NCBI GenBank assembly: GCA_020431915.1
Contig: JAGQHJ010000002.1
Span: 49,078-113,077, forward strand
Reading direction: 5' to 3'
DNA length: 64,000 nt
Source: Cyanobacteria bacterium HKST-UBA04
GTDB taxonomy: Bacteria > Cyanobacteriota > Vampirovibrionia > Vampirovibrionales > JAGQHJ01
In this document: positions 17,783 to 27,917 of the stretch, one piece after another
How positions within the stretch are numbered: position 1 is the first letter of the stretch
How the letters are laid out: each line of letters begins with the position of its first letter
Program-made: the position numbers and the translations under genes
The notes under the pieces: model-generated
Told to the model about the DNA's origin: nothing
The model's database searches: none
What the model saw: the letters and a program-made list of their open reading frames with translations, nothing else

Positions 17783-18387
17783 TGCCGGCCTGTCCCACCG
17801 TGCAACCGCTCGACCGGGTGTTTGCCGTGCTCGATACCCTGCAAGCCGACCGGGACCACCTGGACCGCAACTGGAGTATTGGCGAGCAAGCCGGCCGGCT
17901 GCTTTACCTGCTTACCCAAATCAGTGGGGCAAAAAACGTGCTGGAAGTGGGCACCTCCATTGGATACTCCGGCCTGTGGCTGGCTGCCGGCCTACTGCAG
18001 ACCAACGGTAGGCTCCATACACTCGACGCCTCTGCCCAACGGCAGGCCGAAGCCCTCCAGCACTTTGAGCAGGCCGGAATTGGGCACCTGGTTACCTGCC
18101 ATTGCGGCGATGCCCTGGCCCTGATTGAGCAACTAAAAACCCAAGGCCAGGCCTTTGACCTGGTGTTTATCGATGCCGCCAAAAAAGAATACTGGGCCTA
18201 TATCCAGGCCCTCTTACCCGCCATACCCGCCGGGGGCCTTATCGTGGCCGACAATACCTATTCCCATAGCGACCAACTCGGCGATTTTCTGGCAGGCATG
18301 GCCGATTTGGACCGGCATACCCTTGACACCAGCCTCATAGATCACGCGCCAGGCTGCCACGGGCTATTAATAGCCCGGAAACGGTAA
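17782..18387 (+). CDS. Class I SAM-dependent O-methyltransferase (family 3, caffeoyl-CoA OMT-like)
   Basis: LEVGTSIGYSGLWLAAG...DLVFIDAAKKEYWAY pattern typical of O-methyltransferase family 3. Confidence 0.8.
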   Translation: MPACPTVQPLDRVFAVLDTLQADRDHLDRNWSIGEQAGRLLYLLTQISGAKNVLEVGTSIGYSGLWLAAGLLQTNGRLHTLDASAQRQAEALQHFEQAGIGHLVTCHCGDALALIEQLKTQGQAFDLVFIDAAKKEYWAYIQALLPAIPAGGLIVADNTYSHSDQLGDFLAGMADLDRHTLDTSLIDHAPGCHGLLIARKR

Positions 18388-18401
18388 GGATTGACGGGCC
18401 G

Positions 18402-20177
18402 ATGCGAATTGTCCTTGGGCAACTTACCCCCACCATCGGGGCGCTTGACGACAACATGGCGGCCTTGACCCTAACCATTGAGCAGGCCAAGGCACAGGGG
18501 GCGGATTTGGTTGTCTTCAGCGAAATGGTAGTCAGCGGCTACCCCCCCAAGGATCTGCTACTGGAACCGGACTTCGTGCAGGCCTGCCTGAATGCCAACC
18601 ACGAGCTAGCCAAGGCCTCCGATGACGGGCTGATGGTGATTTGGGGCAACCTGGCCCAAAACCCCGCCCAAACCGACCAGCCGCTACTGAATGCGGCGAT
18701 GGTGGCCGTGGGTGGGCAGTTAACCGCCACCATCGCCAAGCATCACCTGCCCATCTACGATGTGTTTAACGACCGCCGCTACTTTGCCTCGCCCCATGCC
18801 GATGCCCCCGAGAAACTGGCCATTGAGGCCCTGACCGTTACCCACAAGGGGTGCCGCATGGTGGTGACCGTCTGCGAAGATATTTGGAGCCACCCGGCCC
18901 TGTACGGCCCGGTGGCCAAGGAACACCCGGAAATAAGCCCGACAACCGTGCAGCTGGTTCAAAAGCGCCCCTACCCAACCAACGTGCTGACCCAACTGCC
19001 CCACCACGCCTTTGACCTGCTGGTAAACCTGTCGGCATCGCCCTTTGCCGGTGGTAAACCCCCGATGCGCCTGGCCCTGCTCTCGCAAATTGCCCAGCAG
19101 CAGCAGAAGCCCGTGGTGTATGTAAACCAGGCCGGGGCCCATGATGATGTGGTGTATGACGGCCATAGCTGCCTGAGCTGGCCCAATGGCGCACAATGGG
19201 TTGCCAACGGCTTTGTGCAGGAAACCTCGGTGGTGGACTTAGCCCCCATGCCTGAACCCGATGCCATGCCGCCCCCGATTAGCATTACCGATGCCCAATA
19301 CACCCTGTTTGAGGCCTTGACCCTGGGTATTCGCGATTACGTGCAGAAAACCGGCTTTGAGCGAGTACTCGTCGGCCTGAGTGGCGGCGTCGATTCGGCC
19401 CTGGTCGCCACTCTGGCCACCGAGGCCCTGGGTGCACAGCACGTAACCGGGGTAGCCATGCCCGGCCCCTACTCCAGTGCGCACAGCTTAACCGATGCCC
19501 GCCTGCTGGCCAAAAACCTGGGAATTGACCTGCTGGAATACCCCATTACCGAACCTTTTTACAGCATGTTGGGCAGCATCGGCCAAGCCAAAGGCGATTT
19601 AAAACAGGACCTAGCCGAGCAGAACCTGCAGGCAAGGCTTCGGGGGCAGTTGCTGATGACCCTGTCGAACCGAAACCAGGCCCTGGTGCTGGCCACCGGC
19701 AACAAAAGCGAACTGGCCGTTGGCTACAGTACCATGTACGGCGACAGTTGCGGTGCCCTGGCCCCGATTGGCGATCTGCTAAAAACTGAGGTTTATCAGC
19801 TCTGTCGATGGTTGAACGCCCATTTAGCCGCCGATCCCCAGCACCCCCTGATTCCGGAGACGGTGCTGTCCAAAGCCCCATCGGCCGAATTGGCTCCCAA
19901 CCAACGGGACAGCGATACCCTGCCTCCCTACGAGGTACTGGACGCCTTGATACGGGCCGTGGTGATTGACGGGCTGGATTTTGAGAACTGCCTGGGATTA
20001 GGGTATGATCAGGCCACAGTCGAGTGGGTTATTCGCCGTATTCACACACAGGAATACAAACGGCAGCAGTATCCGCCCATTCTCAAGGTCTCCAAGAAGG
20101 CTTTTGGATCGGGCCGCCTGTACCCCTTGGCCCAGCAAGTGCCCCTTCCTGGCACGTTGTCACCCCGCTCGCAATAA
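18402..20177 (+). CDS. nadE: Glutamine-dependent NAD+ synthetase (nitrilase domain + NAD synthase domain)
   Basis: N-terminal CN-hydrolase domain and C-terminal PP-loop ATPase (VLVGLSGGVDSALVATLA). 591 aa. Confidence 0.9.
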   Translation: MRIVLGQLTPTIGALDDNMAALTLTIEQAKAQGADLVVFSEMVVSGYPPKDLLLEPDFVQACLNANHELAKASDDGLMVIWGNLAQNPAQTDQPLLNAAMVAVGGQLTATIAKHHLPIYDVFNDRRYFASPHADAPEKLAIEALTVTHKGCRMVVTVCEDIWSHPALYGPVAKEHPEISPTTVQLVQKRPYPTNVLTQLPHHAFDLLVNLSASPFAGGKPPMRLALLSQIAQQQQKPVVYVNQAGAHDDVVYDGHSCLSWPNGAQWVANGFVQETSVVDLAPMPEPDAMPPPISITDAQYTLFEALTLGIRDYVQKTGFERVLVGLSGGVDSALVATLATEALGAQHVTGVAMPGPYSSAHSLTDARLLAKNLGIDLLEYPITEPFYSMLGSIGQAKGDLKQDLAEQNLQARLRGQLLMTLSNRNQALVLATGNKSELAVGYSTMYGDSCGALAPIGDLLKTEVYQLCRWLNAHLAADPQHPLIPETVLSKAPSAELAPNQRDSDTLPPYEVLDALIRAVVIDGLDFENCLGLGYDQATVEWVIRRIHTQEYKRQQYPPILKVSKKAFGSGRLYPLAQQVPLPGTLSPRSQ

Positions 20178-20200
20178 CCCCATTCAAAGGACCCAACACC

Positions 20201-20932
20201 CTGACCCGCACGCAAGACAACTTTGTTGAAAAAATCCAGCGCAGCAAGACCGGACAAGAGCAGGATGAAACCCTGGCCCTGTACGAAACCCCGCTGGTGA
20301 CGGTGGATATTGTCATCTTCACCATCGTCAACGGCAACCTGAAGGTCTTGTTGATTCGACGCAAAGGCCCGCCGTTCCAGCATATGTGGGCTATCCCGGG
20401 CGGGTTTATTCGAATAGGCGAAACCCTTGAAGAAGCCGCCGAGCGCCGTCTGTTCGAGGAAACCAACGTCAAAGACATTTACCTCGAGCAGCTGGTGACC
20501 TTTGGCACCCCCAACCGTGACCCTCGGGCCCGTATTATCACCATCAGCCACTATGCGTTGATTGGCTCGAACAAGGACATTCAGCCCAATGCCAACGCCG
20601 AGGATGTCCAGTGGTTCAGTGTCCACGATCTGCCGGACCTGGCCTTCGATCACAAGGACATCGTTGAATGCGCCCTTCTGCGCCTCAAGGAACGACTTAA
20701 AACCTCCAACATAGCCTTCCAGCTCTTGGGCCATAAATTCACGCTCACGGAGCTGCAGAGGGTCTATGAATTGATTCTTGAAAAAACCCTGGATAAACGG
20801 AACTTTCGCAAGAAAATTTTATCGATGGGCATCCTGATGGAAACCGACGAAACCAAAATGGAAGGCTACCATCGCCCGGCCCAGCTCTACGCGTTCCGCG
20901 AACGGGGCCGCGTGCAAGAATACGAAGTATAA
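20201..20932 (+). CDS. nrtR: Nudix-related transcriptional regulator NrtR (Nudix domain + C-terminal winged-helix)
   Basis: Nudix box (GGFIRIGETLEEAAERRLFEETNV) followed by an NrtR-type wHTH (FTLTELQRVYELILEKTLDKRNFRKKIL). The start codon is uncertain: the annotated ORF start 20024 overlaps nadE, and the true start is probably between 20200 and 20290. Confidence 0.6.
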   Translation: MTRTQDNFVEKIQRSKTGQEQDETLALYETPLVTVDIVIFTIVNGNLKVLLIRRKGPPFQHMWAIPGGFIRIGETLEEAAERRLFEETNVKDIYLEQLVTFGTPNRDPRARIITISHYALIGSNKDIQPNANAEDVQWFSVHDLPDLAFDHKDIVECALLRLKERLKTSNIAFQLLGHKFTLTELQRVYELILEKTLDKRNFRKKILSMGILMETDETKMEGYHRPAQLYAFRERGRVQEYEV

Positions 20933-21289
20933 ACCGCGTTCGGCTTTTTCCCTCCCCAGAGCCCCACCGCGTTCATCGACACCTAAAGCAGTCTGGCCTT
21001 CATCTAGATGAGTATCAGGGCGGTGCAGCTTCGAGACATTGCATTGGCGCGCTCTCTAAGAGCTTAAGCCACCAAGTTTGTGTCCAGGGGACACAGCTTC
21101 AAGGCAAAGGCGCACGGAGCGAGGGAGAGCGTACATAGAGGTACGTGACCGAAGCGAGTACGACTTAAACGCAGAAGATGTGTTCTCCATGGTGCAAACC
21201 CAGAGTCATAAGAGAGACCCCACCGGCGGCACTGGGCCACCGATGGGGTCAAACACAATAGGAATGATTCGAGAAGTCTTATTCAGACT

Positions 21290-23203
21290 CTAGAATACGT
21301 AGTTGGTGCGCAGACCGAGCACGAAGGTACCATTGTTCTGGGTGATACCACCACGGTTGATGATAACCTGTGCACTCGGAATGATGGTCATGTTGTCATT
21401 GACCGCAAACCGGTAGAAGGCTTCCAACACGTGCTCGTTACCACGGCCAATGGTCAGACGGCCAGGTGCAGCAACACCGTTAGCCTCACCAATTTCCGTG
21501 GGGTTGATCAACGCGTAACCAACACCGATAGCGTCTTTGGAACGCTTGGTCAGGTCTTGGTCAAACGCCGTCAACGGAACGCTCAACGTCGTACTCAGAG
21601 CATTCTGAATACCGATCATTGTACGGGAAGCGAAGAAGTTGGCTTGGGCGCCCGTACCGTTGCGCAGACTGTTCAAGATAGCGTTGTTGTCGTTACCTTG
21701 ACCAGCTTCGTTAAGCGACCAGTCAACAGAGGTGCCGATACCACGCCACCATTCTTGGTTCCAACCGACGTAGAAACCGTTGATGTTCTGGTTGCCATTG
21801 GCACCACGAAGCAAGGTTTCACCTTCACGGTTGAGCGGTCCAAGACCCGTACCAGCCGTAACGAACTGGTTCAGGTTGGTGGTGCCTTCGTTAAAGAAGT
21901 GGTAAGCACCAGCGTATAAGGTACCGGGTTTGGTGAAGCTATCAAAGAGGAAGCCGGTGTCATAGTTCAAGGCCATCTCTTCGGTCGCCCACAGGCCACC
22001 CATTACATCACTGGCAATACCAGAACCGATAGCACCGGTGGTATCCAAGCTGAAGTGCTCACCGAGCCCTTGGTGCCACGAGTGGGCAATGGTCGGGTTG
22101 ATGTTGTTCACCAGGATACCGGCGTTACCTACCAGAGCGGTGTTCTGGAATTGGTTCAGCTCGTCACCTTTGTAGGGCGAACGGGCGAACAGGTTACGCC
22201 ACGGCACGATACCAACGTAGAGGTCGGCAGTGCTGCGGAACCGATCGTTGTCGGGGAACAGGTCGAAACCAGGGGTCAGGTCGGTAATAATCGGGATACC
22301 CGGTTTGAACGCTTGTTGATAGTAAGCACTTTCAACATAGATGTTCTGACGAGTATTGATACCGTTGGCTGCACCGATACCAGGTCCAAGCAAGAAGGAA
22401 CTGGTACCAGGGCCTTCGTTAGCGGCAGAAGCGCCACCAGCAATGGCCGAGTAGCCAGAGATAGGACCGGCCGTACCAGCTTGGGCGTTGCTGCCGTTAC
22501 GCTGGGGCGACCAGCGACCGAAAGCACCAACCAAACGGGCGACCACGTCACCTTCGCCAACGCGGCTGTTGTCATAGCTTTCAACAACCGGTACTTTCAA
22601 GCCCAAGCGCAGGCGACCCAGGGCCGACAGGCTGTCTTGAATACCGTTAGCTGCAGCGGTACCACCGAGGCCAGCGCCACCGGCATCCCACAACATACCG
22701 AAGGAGAAGTCACCATGAAGCTGGGTTTTCTCCAACAGGTCGAGGCGGGTGTCTTGCTCGGAGTTCTTGGCTTCAATAGCCGAAGCGCGATCTTCGAGGG
22801 CATCAACACGGCTGTTGAGCACTTCCAGTTCACGTTTGAACTCTTCTTGCAGACGGGCCAGTTTCATCAGGTCGGACTTGTCAGCTTTTTCAGCACCCAA
22901 ACGGGCCAGGTCACGACCAACGGATTTCATCAACGCGTTCAGGGCAGCAGCCAATTCCCAACGGGTAGGGGCTTTGTTACCTTTGAACGTGTAGTCGGGA
23001 TAACCTTCAATAACGTCGTATTTCTCAACCAGGTCAGCCAAAGCTTGGTAGGCCCAGTGAGAAGAATCAACGTCGGTTAACTCTTCAACGCTGGTTAAGG
23101 CGTTTGCAGCAGGCATGTTGAACGCAACCATGCTGGTTGCAGACAACAAGATGCTGGCTGCCATTAACCACGGAACGATTTTCTTTTGAGTCATCGATCT
23201 CAT
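21290..23203 (-). CDS. SLH-domain outer membrane porin (signal peptide + SLH + coiled coil + beta-barrel; SlpA/Som/Mep45-like)
   Basis: Canonical SLH motif (WAYQALADLVEKYDVIEGYPDYTFKGNKAPTRWELAAALNAL), a coiled-coil linker and a C-terminal alternating amphipathic beta-strand region ending in a terminal F. Confidence 0.8.
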   Translation of the reverse strand: MRSMTQKKIVPWLMAASILLSATSMVAFNMPAANALTSVEELTDVDSSHWAYQALADLVEKYDVIEGYPDYTFKGNKAPTRWELAAALNALMKSVGRDLARLGAEKADKSDLMKLARLQEEFKRELEVLNSRVDALEDRASAIEAKNSEQDTRLDLLEKTQLHGDFSFGMLWDAGGAGLGGTAAANGIQDSLSALGRLRLGLKVPVVESYDNSRVGEGDVVARLVGAFGRWSPQRNGSNAQAGTAGPISGYSAIAGGASAANEGPGTSSFLLGPGIGAANGINTRQNIYVESAYYQQAFKPGIPIITDLTPGFDLFPDNDRFRSTADLYVGIVPWRNLFARSPYKGDELNQFQNTALVGNAGILVNNINPTIAHSWHQGLGEHFSLDTTGAIGSGIASDVMGGLWATEEMALNYDTGFLFDSFTKPGTLYAGAYHFFNEGTTNLNQFVTAGTGLGPLNREGETLLRGANGNQNINGFYVGWNQEWWRGIGTSVDWSLNEAGQGNDNNAILNSLRNGTGAQANFFASRTMIGIQNALSTTLSVPLTAFDQDLTKRSKDAIGVGYALINPTEIGEANGVAAPGRLTIGRGNEHVLEAFYRFAVNDNMTIIPSAQVIINRGGITQNNGTFVLGLRTNYVF

Positions 23204-23651
23204 TACTCCTATTGTGAATCAGATGGTCAACTAACTCTTCTTATACCTAATCACACTCGTTTACCACAACTTTGAGGGGTTATGGGGTTCACCTATCCAG
23301 AACGTTCATCTCTTTAGCGTATCAAAGCACGAACTAACTGAATCACTGCTTCTACGGTATAAAGTATACGATACAAAAAAGGGCATGGTTAGCCCTGATA
23401 AGTTACGTGTCATTATATGGGGGTGAACAGCGCGATCGGACATTCCTTTATCTCTTCTTTATCAAGACTTATTCAAATTTAACTATATATTTGAAAATTA
23501 AGGGGAACCCCTGCCAACAAGCTGATTTTGCTCTTATTAAAGGGGCGAAAGGACGGGACAACCCCTTGCTTAGTGTGCAGGATACACTTTTAAGCTTAGT
23601 GTACCCCATACGCCTATGGACGCCCATAGACCGAACAGTGGATTTACGGCC
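23204..23651 (-). promoter_or_regulatory. Unusually long (~450 bp) AT-rich promoter / 5' leader region of the SLH-porin gene
   Basis: GC content drops sharply here and there are multiple TATA-like and A-tract elements. No protein-like ORF. Confidence 0.4.
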
Positions 23652-26339
23652 TTAAGCCTTTGCTGCCGCCAAGCTCTGGCTGATTGCCGATTGAACCAGT
23701 TCCAGAGCACGGCCAACAGCCTGGCCGTCCTTGCCACCCGCCTGGGCGAAATTGGGCTTGCCCCCACCGCCGCCTTGGCAATGCTCGGCGGCTAATTTAA
23801 CCAATTGGCCGGCATTGAGCCCCGCCTCCATACCCTCATGGCTAACCAGCACCACAAACTGGGCCTTGCCTGCCACGTCAGCCCCCAGTACAACCACCTT
23901 GGCATGGGTCTGCTGGGCCAGGGCCTCGGCCATGTCCTTAAGCAGCTTACCTTCCGGCACGGCCACCTGCTCAACAAGCCACGGCGCCTCGCAAGCCTTG
24001 TCCTTATAAGCCTGAACCATGGGCCCCAACTTGGCCAGTACAGCCTGGCTTTGCAGGGCCGCCAATTCCTTTTCCAGGGCCTTTTTTTCTTCCACCAACT
24101 TCAGAGTCTTCTCTTCCACCTCGTTTAACGGTGACTTGAGTGATTCAGCCAGGGTCTGCAAGGTGGTTTGGGCATCAAACAGCTTAAGCAACGCCGGCCG
24201 GCCTGTCACAAACTCAATACGGCGCACGCCACTGGCAATCGAGCCTTCGCTCAAAATCTTCACCAGGCCGATGTCACCCAGGCGATCAACGTGGGTGCCA
24301 CCGCACAGCTCCTTGCTAAAGGCCCCAAAGGTGACCACGCGAACCTCGTCACCATATTTTTCGTCAAACATGGCGGCCGCCCCGGCAGCCTTGGCATCTT
24401 CCAGGCCCATCAGTTCCGTGTCCCGCTCGGTGTTTTCAAACACCCACTGGTTTATCAACAGCTCAACCTGCTGTAATTCCTCAGCCTTCATGGCCCGGTG
24501 AAAGGTAAAGTCAAACCGAGCGCCATCCGGCCCCACGTAAGACCCAGCCTGGCCCACCCGATCACCCAAGATCTCCTTGAGCGCCGCATGAAGCAAATGG
24601 GTTGCCGAGTGGTGGTGAGCCGTCCGGCTTCGGGCATCGGCACTTACTTCGGCACGCACCTGCTGACCCACCTTAACCGAGCCACCCTGGTCAAAGAGGC
24701 AGTGGTGTACAAACAAGTCCCCTACCTTTTTCGTATCGCGCACCACCACCGTTTGGCCATGCGGGCCACCCGGCACGTACAAAATACCGCGATCACCCAC
24801 CTGGCCCCCGCTTTCACCATAAAAAGGCGTGGTATCCAGCACCAGTTCAAACGGCGCATTGGTGCCCCCGACCGACTCGACCCGTTGGCCGTCCTCAATC
24901 AGGGCGACAATGGTGGCGTCGCCTTCCAGCGATTCGTAACCGGTAAAGACGGTTGGGCCATGCTGTTTTAAGATATCGGCATACACCTGGTTGCTTACCA
25001 CGCTTTTCTTGCCCTGTGCCGACCGGGCCAGCTCGCGCTGTTCGTTCATGGCCAATTCAAAGGCGGCCATGTCCACACGCATGCCCTGCTCCTCAACCAG
25101 TTCCTGCGTCAACTCAATGGGAAACCCATAGGTGTCATAAAGCTTAAACGCGGTTTGGCCGGCAAATACCTGTTTTTTGGCCTGCTGGTGCTCGGCCAGG
25201 GCTTCCTCAAACAGCTTGGATCCACGATCCAAGGTTTCCAGGAACTTGGCCTCCTCGCTGGCGATGGTCTCAACAACCACATCGTACTGGCTTTTCAGCT
25301 CGGGATACTGGGTGCCGTAAAGGTCGCGAACGGTGCTGACCAACTGGTACAGCGCAGCCTTCTCAAGGCCCAGTTGCCGGGCAAACCGCACCGCCCGGCG
25401 CAGCACCATGCGAATAATATAACCACGGCCCTCGTTGCTGGGCACCACACCGTCGGCCAGGGCAAACGACACACACCGCATATGGTCGGCCACAATCTTC
25501 AGGGCCACGTCCACTTCGGCATCCTGCTTGTACGTTCGCTTCGTTAGCGCACCCACTTTTTCAACCAGGGGAAAGAGCAAATCCGTTTCAAAGGTGTTGT
25601 TTACCCGCTGCAGAATCATGGCCAGCCGTTCCAGGCCCATGCCCGTGTCAATGTTTTTGTATTCCAGCTCGCTAAACTGCCCTTTGTCGTCTTTGAACCG
25701 TTCCATGAACACGAGGTTCCACAGTTCGATAAACCGCTCGCCTTCCAGCGTGGCCGGTGTGCTGTGCTGGTCGCCACCAAATTCGGTGCCCCGGTCAAAA
25801 TGCAGTTCGGTGCATGGGCCACAGGGCCCGGTGGCACCGGGTGGTCCCCAAAAATTGTCTTCGGCCCCCATGTCCAGGATACGCGCGTCGGGCACGCCGA
25901 CATGATCAACCCATATGGCCCGCGACGCCTGATCGTCCTTGTAAATGGTTACCCAAAGCTTATCGGCAGGAATTTCAAGCACTTCGGTAAAGTACTGCCA
26001 GGCCCAGCGGCTGGCCTCGGGCTTAAAATAGTCGCCAAAACTGAAGTTACCCAGCATCTCAAAAAAGGTATGGTGCCTTAAGGTACGGCCCACGTACCCC
26101 AGGTCGGACGCCTTGCCGCTAATACGGGCACATTTCTGGATACTGACGACGCGGGGCGGATCCGGGGCAGGCTCAAGGCCCATGAAGATATTGACAAAGG
26201 GCAACATGCCCGCCGGGGTAAGCAGTACGGTGGGGTTACTCGGAATCAGGCTGGCACTGTCGCGAAGCTGGTGGGCACACTGCTCCACAAAGAAGCCTAT
26301 AAAGCTTTCGCGAATGGCTTGGGAGGACAAGGGTTTCAT
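23652..26339 (-). CDS. alaS: Alanine--tRNA ligase
   Basis: 895 aa. Class II aaRS core, editing-domain HxxxH/CxxxH motifs and a C-terminal DHHA1-like domain. Confidence 0.95.
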   Translation of the reverse strand: MKPLSSQAIRESFIGFFVEQCAHQLRDSASLIPSNPTVLLTPAGMLPFVNIFMGLEPAPDPPRVVSIQKCARISGKASDLGYVGRTLRHHTFFEMLGNFSFGDYFKPEASRWAWQYFTEVLEIPADKLWVTIYKDDQASRAIWVDHVGVPDARILDMGAEDNFWGPPGATGPCGPCTELHFDRGTEFGGDQHSTPATLEGERFIELWNLVFMERFKDDKGQFSELEYKNIDTGMGLERLAMILQRVNNTFETDLLFPLVEKVGALTKRTYKQDAEVDVALKIVADHMRCVSFALADGVVPSNEGRGYIIRMVLRRAVRFARQLGLEKAALYQLVSTVRDLYGTQYPELKSQYDVVVETIASEEAKFLETLDRGSKLFEEALAEHQQAKKQVFAGQTAFKLYDTYGFPIELTQELVEEQGMRVDMAAFELAMNEQRELARSAQGKKSVVSNQVYADILKQHGPTVFTGYESLEGDATIVALIEDGQRVESVGGTNAPFELVLDTTPFYGESGGQVGDRGILYVPGGPHGQTVVVRDTKKVGDLFVHHCLFDQGGSVKVGQQVRAEVSADARSRTAHHHSATHLLHAALKEILGDRVGQAGSYVGPDGARFDFTFHRAMKAEELQQVELLINQWVFENTERDTELMGLEDAKAAGAAAMFDEKYGDEVRVVTFGAFSKELCGGTHVDRLGDIGLVKILSEGSIASGVRRIEFVTGRPALLKLFDAQTTLQTLAESLKSPLNEVEEKTLKLVEEKKALEKELAALQSQAVLAKLGPMVQAYKDKACEAPWLVEQVAVPEGKLLKDMAEALAQQTHAKVVVLGADVAGKAQFVVLVSHEGMEAGLNAGQLVKLAAEHCQGGGGGKPNFAQAGGKDGQAVGRALELVQSAISQSLAAAKA

Positions 26340-26353
26340 AAATTAAGACAACT

Positions 26354-26372
26354 CGAACCGGCAACCGGTTCG
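26354..26372 (-). promoter_or_regulatory. Hairpin/palindrome CGAACCGG-caa-CCGGTTCG in the alaS 5' region
   Basis: Perfect 8-bp inverted repeat 15-33 nt upstream of the alaS start. alaS is autoregulated through palindromic operators in some bacteria. Confidence 0.3.
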
Positions 26373-26756
26373 CCACTAAAAACAACAGGCCCGTAACGAC
26401 AAGGACCGAAAGCCCGAGAAACACACGGGCACCCTACTATACAACCGACTCGCCCCCCCTGACAAACCCCCTTGCTCAATCACCCTCCCCCGCCCCCGCA
26501 TACCCTCTCAGCCATCATGGCCAGTCTGGGTGGCCAAACCACTGCCATTTACTCCAGCCAGACGATGCCAGACCCGCCCCCTATCATCTACCCTTGGGTA
26601 AGTTATAATAGTATTGGTGATCCGATGATCGGCCTGCCAACCCAAATGCCCCTTGCTTAAGGGCTGTTGGCCCCAACGACATCCTTGCCGCCCCGTACTG
26701 GTTACATTGCTTACACGCCCCGTCACAGCGTTTGGTTAAAGGACGATACGATACCC

Positions 26757-27101
26757 ATGACGACACAATCCACCCTCTCAACCCGGCAGGAAGGCGAAAA
26801 AACCGTTCTGACCATCGAAACCAATAACGTCGACTTCCGCAACGCGGAACTGCTGAAAACCGAAATTAAAGACTTGGTCAATGCTGGCAAAACCGAAATT
26901 ATTCTGGACCTGAGCAAGGTCACCTTTATGGACAGCGCCGGCCTGAGCGTTTTGCTCAACGGCAAACGCGTGACGGATGAAGCCAATGGCCGCTTCAGCA
27001 TTTGCGGCTTGCAAGGCTACGTCAACAACCTCGTCACCCTGACCAACCTCAACAAGACCATTCCCGTGTTTGAAAGCGACATGGAAGCCATTCAAAGCTA
27101 A
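26757..27101 (+). CDS. STAS-domain anti-sigma-factor antagonist (SpoIIAA/RsbV-like)
   Basis: 114 aa with the conserved phosphorylatable-serine region (ILDLSKVTFMDSAGLSVLL). Confidence 0.75.
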   Translation: MTTQSTLSTRQEGEKTVLTIETNNVDFRNAELLKTEIKDLVNAGKTEIILDLSKVTFMDSAGLSVLLNGKRVTDEANGRFSICGLQGYVNNLVTLTNLNKTIPVFESDMEAIQS

Positions 27102-27160
27102 TTCGGGACATCCCCCCTTCCAGCGCCATAACCAAACGCCTCGCCAATTTAACCAGTTTT

Positions 27161-27228
27161 ATAAAGGATCTTCGAAAACGTCCCTCCGCCAGAGCCTCTC
27201 TGAGCCGGGACCTGCGAAGATCCTTTAT
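27161..27228 (+). terminator. Long hairpin (14-bp perfect stem ATAAAGGATCTTCG / CGAAGATCCTTTAT with a structured ~40-nt loop) followed by a T-rich tail, downstream of the STAS gene
   Basis: Inverted repeat read directly; followed by TTTAGTG. Confidence 0.55.
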
Positions 27229-27317
27229 TTAGTGTATGGGCCAGCCCTTCCCCACAGCCGATACCCCTGACAACCCCCAACGCGTCTCCTGTAACACGTT
27301 CTCTCACTATCACCCGA

Positions 27318-27917
27318 TTGTGCCGAACGGCCCCCTATTGGTTAGCTACCCCCATACACTTACTCGAAGGGAACGGATGCCCTATGACCTCGTCCTACGA
27401 TCACCCCCAGAAAATACGCCGCCCCAGAATCAATCCAGCCCGGCCCAACAGCGGCAACAGCAATGGCATGGCCGATGCCATGGCCAACCGGGACTTGCGG
27501 TCCTCAACCACTGTTCCGGCACAAACCTTTGGCCTGTACCCCAATATTGCCAACCTGGTGCAAACCAGCCAGTTTTTACCCCGATCCCTCCAACACGCCC
27601 TGGGCAAAAAGCTGTTCTCTGCAGCCATTACCCGGCAGTCCCGCACCCCGAATTCCAGGGGCCGAGGGAGCTCCAGCCTAAAAAGCATGGGGCCCGATGC
27701 CGTGCTCAACATTTACCAACATTGGTACAACACCACCACCGAACTGGATCGCGCCTTCAAGCTGATTGCCGAATTACCGCCCGCCCAGCAAAGTGCCTTT
27801 AACCGCGACTGCGGCGATATTCTGCACTTTATCCACCTCTACCAGGTTCGACGCTGCATTTCGCCCACCGAGTTCATTAACCTGATCAGCGACCAGCTCA
27901 GCAACACCCCCCATTAA
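27318..27917 (+). CDS. Hypothetical protein (no recognisable domain); a possible internal start at about 27384
   Basis: Protein-like C-terminal half (DRAFKLIAELPPAQQSAFNRDCGDILHFIHLYQVRRCISPTEFINLISDQL). The alternative frame 27236-27802 looks less protein-like. Confidence 0.4.
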   Translation: MCRTAPYWLATPIHLLEGNGCPMTSSYDHPQKIRRPRINPARPNSGNSNGMADAMANRDLRSSTTVPAQTFGLYPNIANLVQTSQFLPRSLQHALGKKLFSAAITRQSRTPNSRGRGSSSLKSMGPDAVLNIYQHWYNTTTELDRAFKLIAELPPAQQSAFNRDCGDILHFIHLYQVRRCISPTEFINLISDQLSNTPH

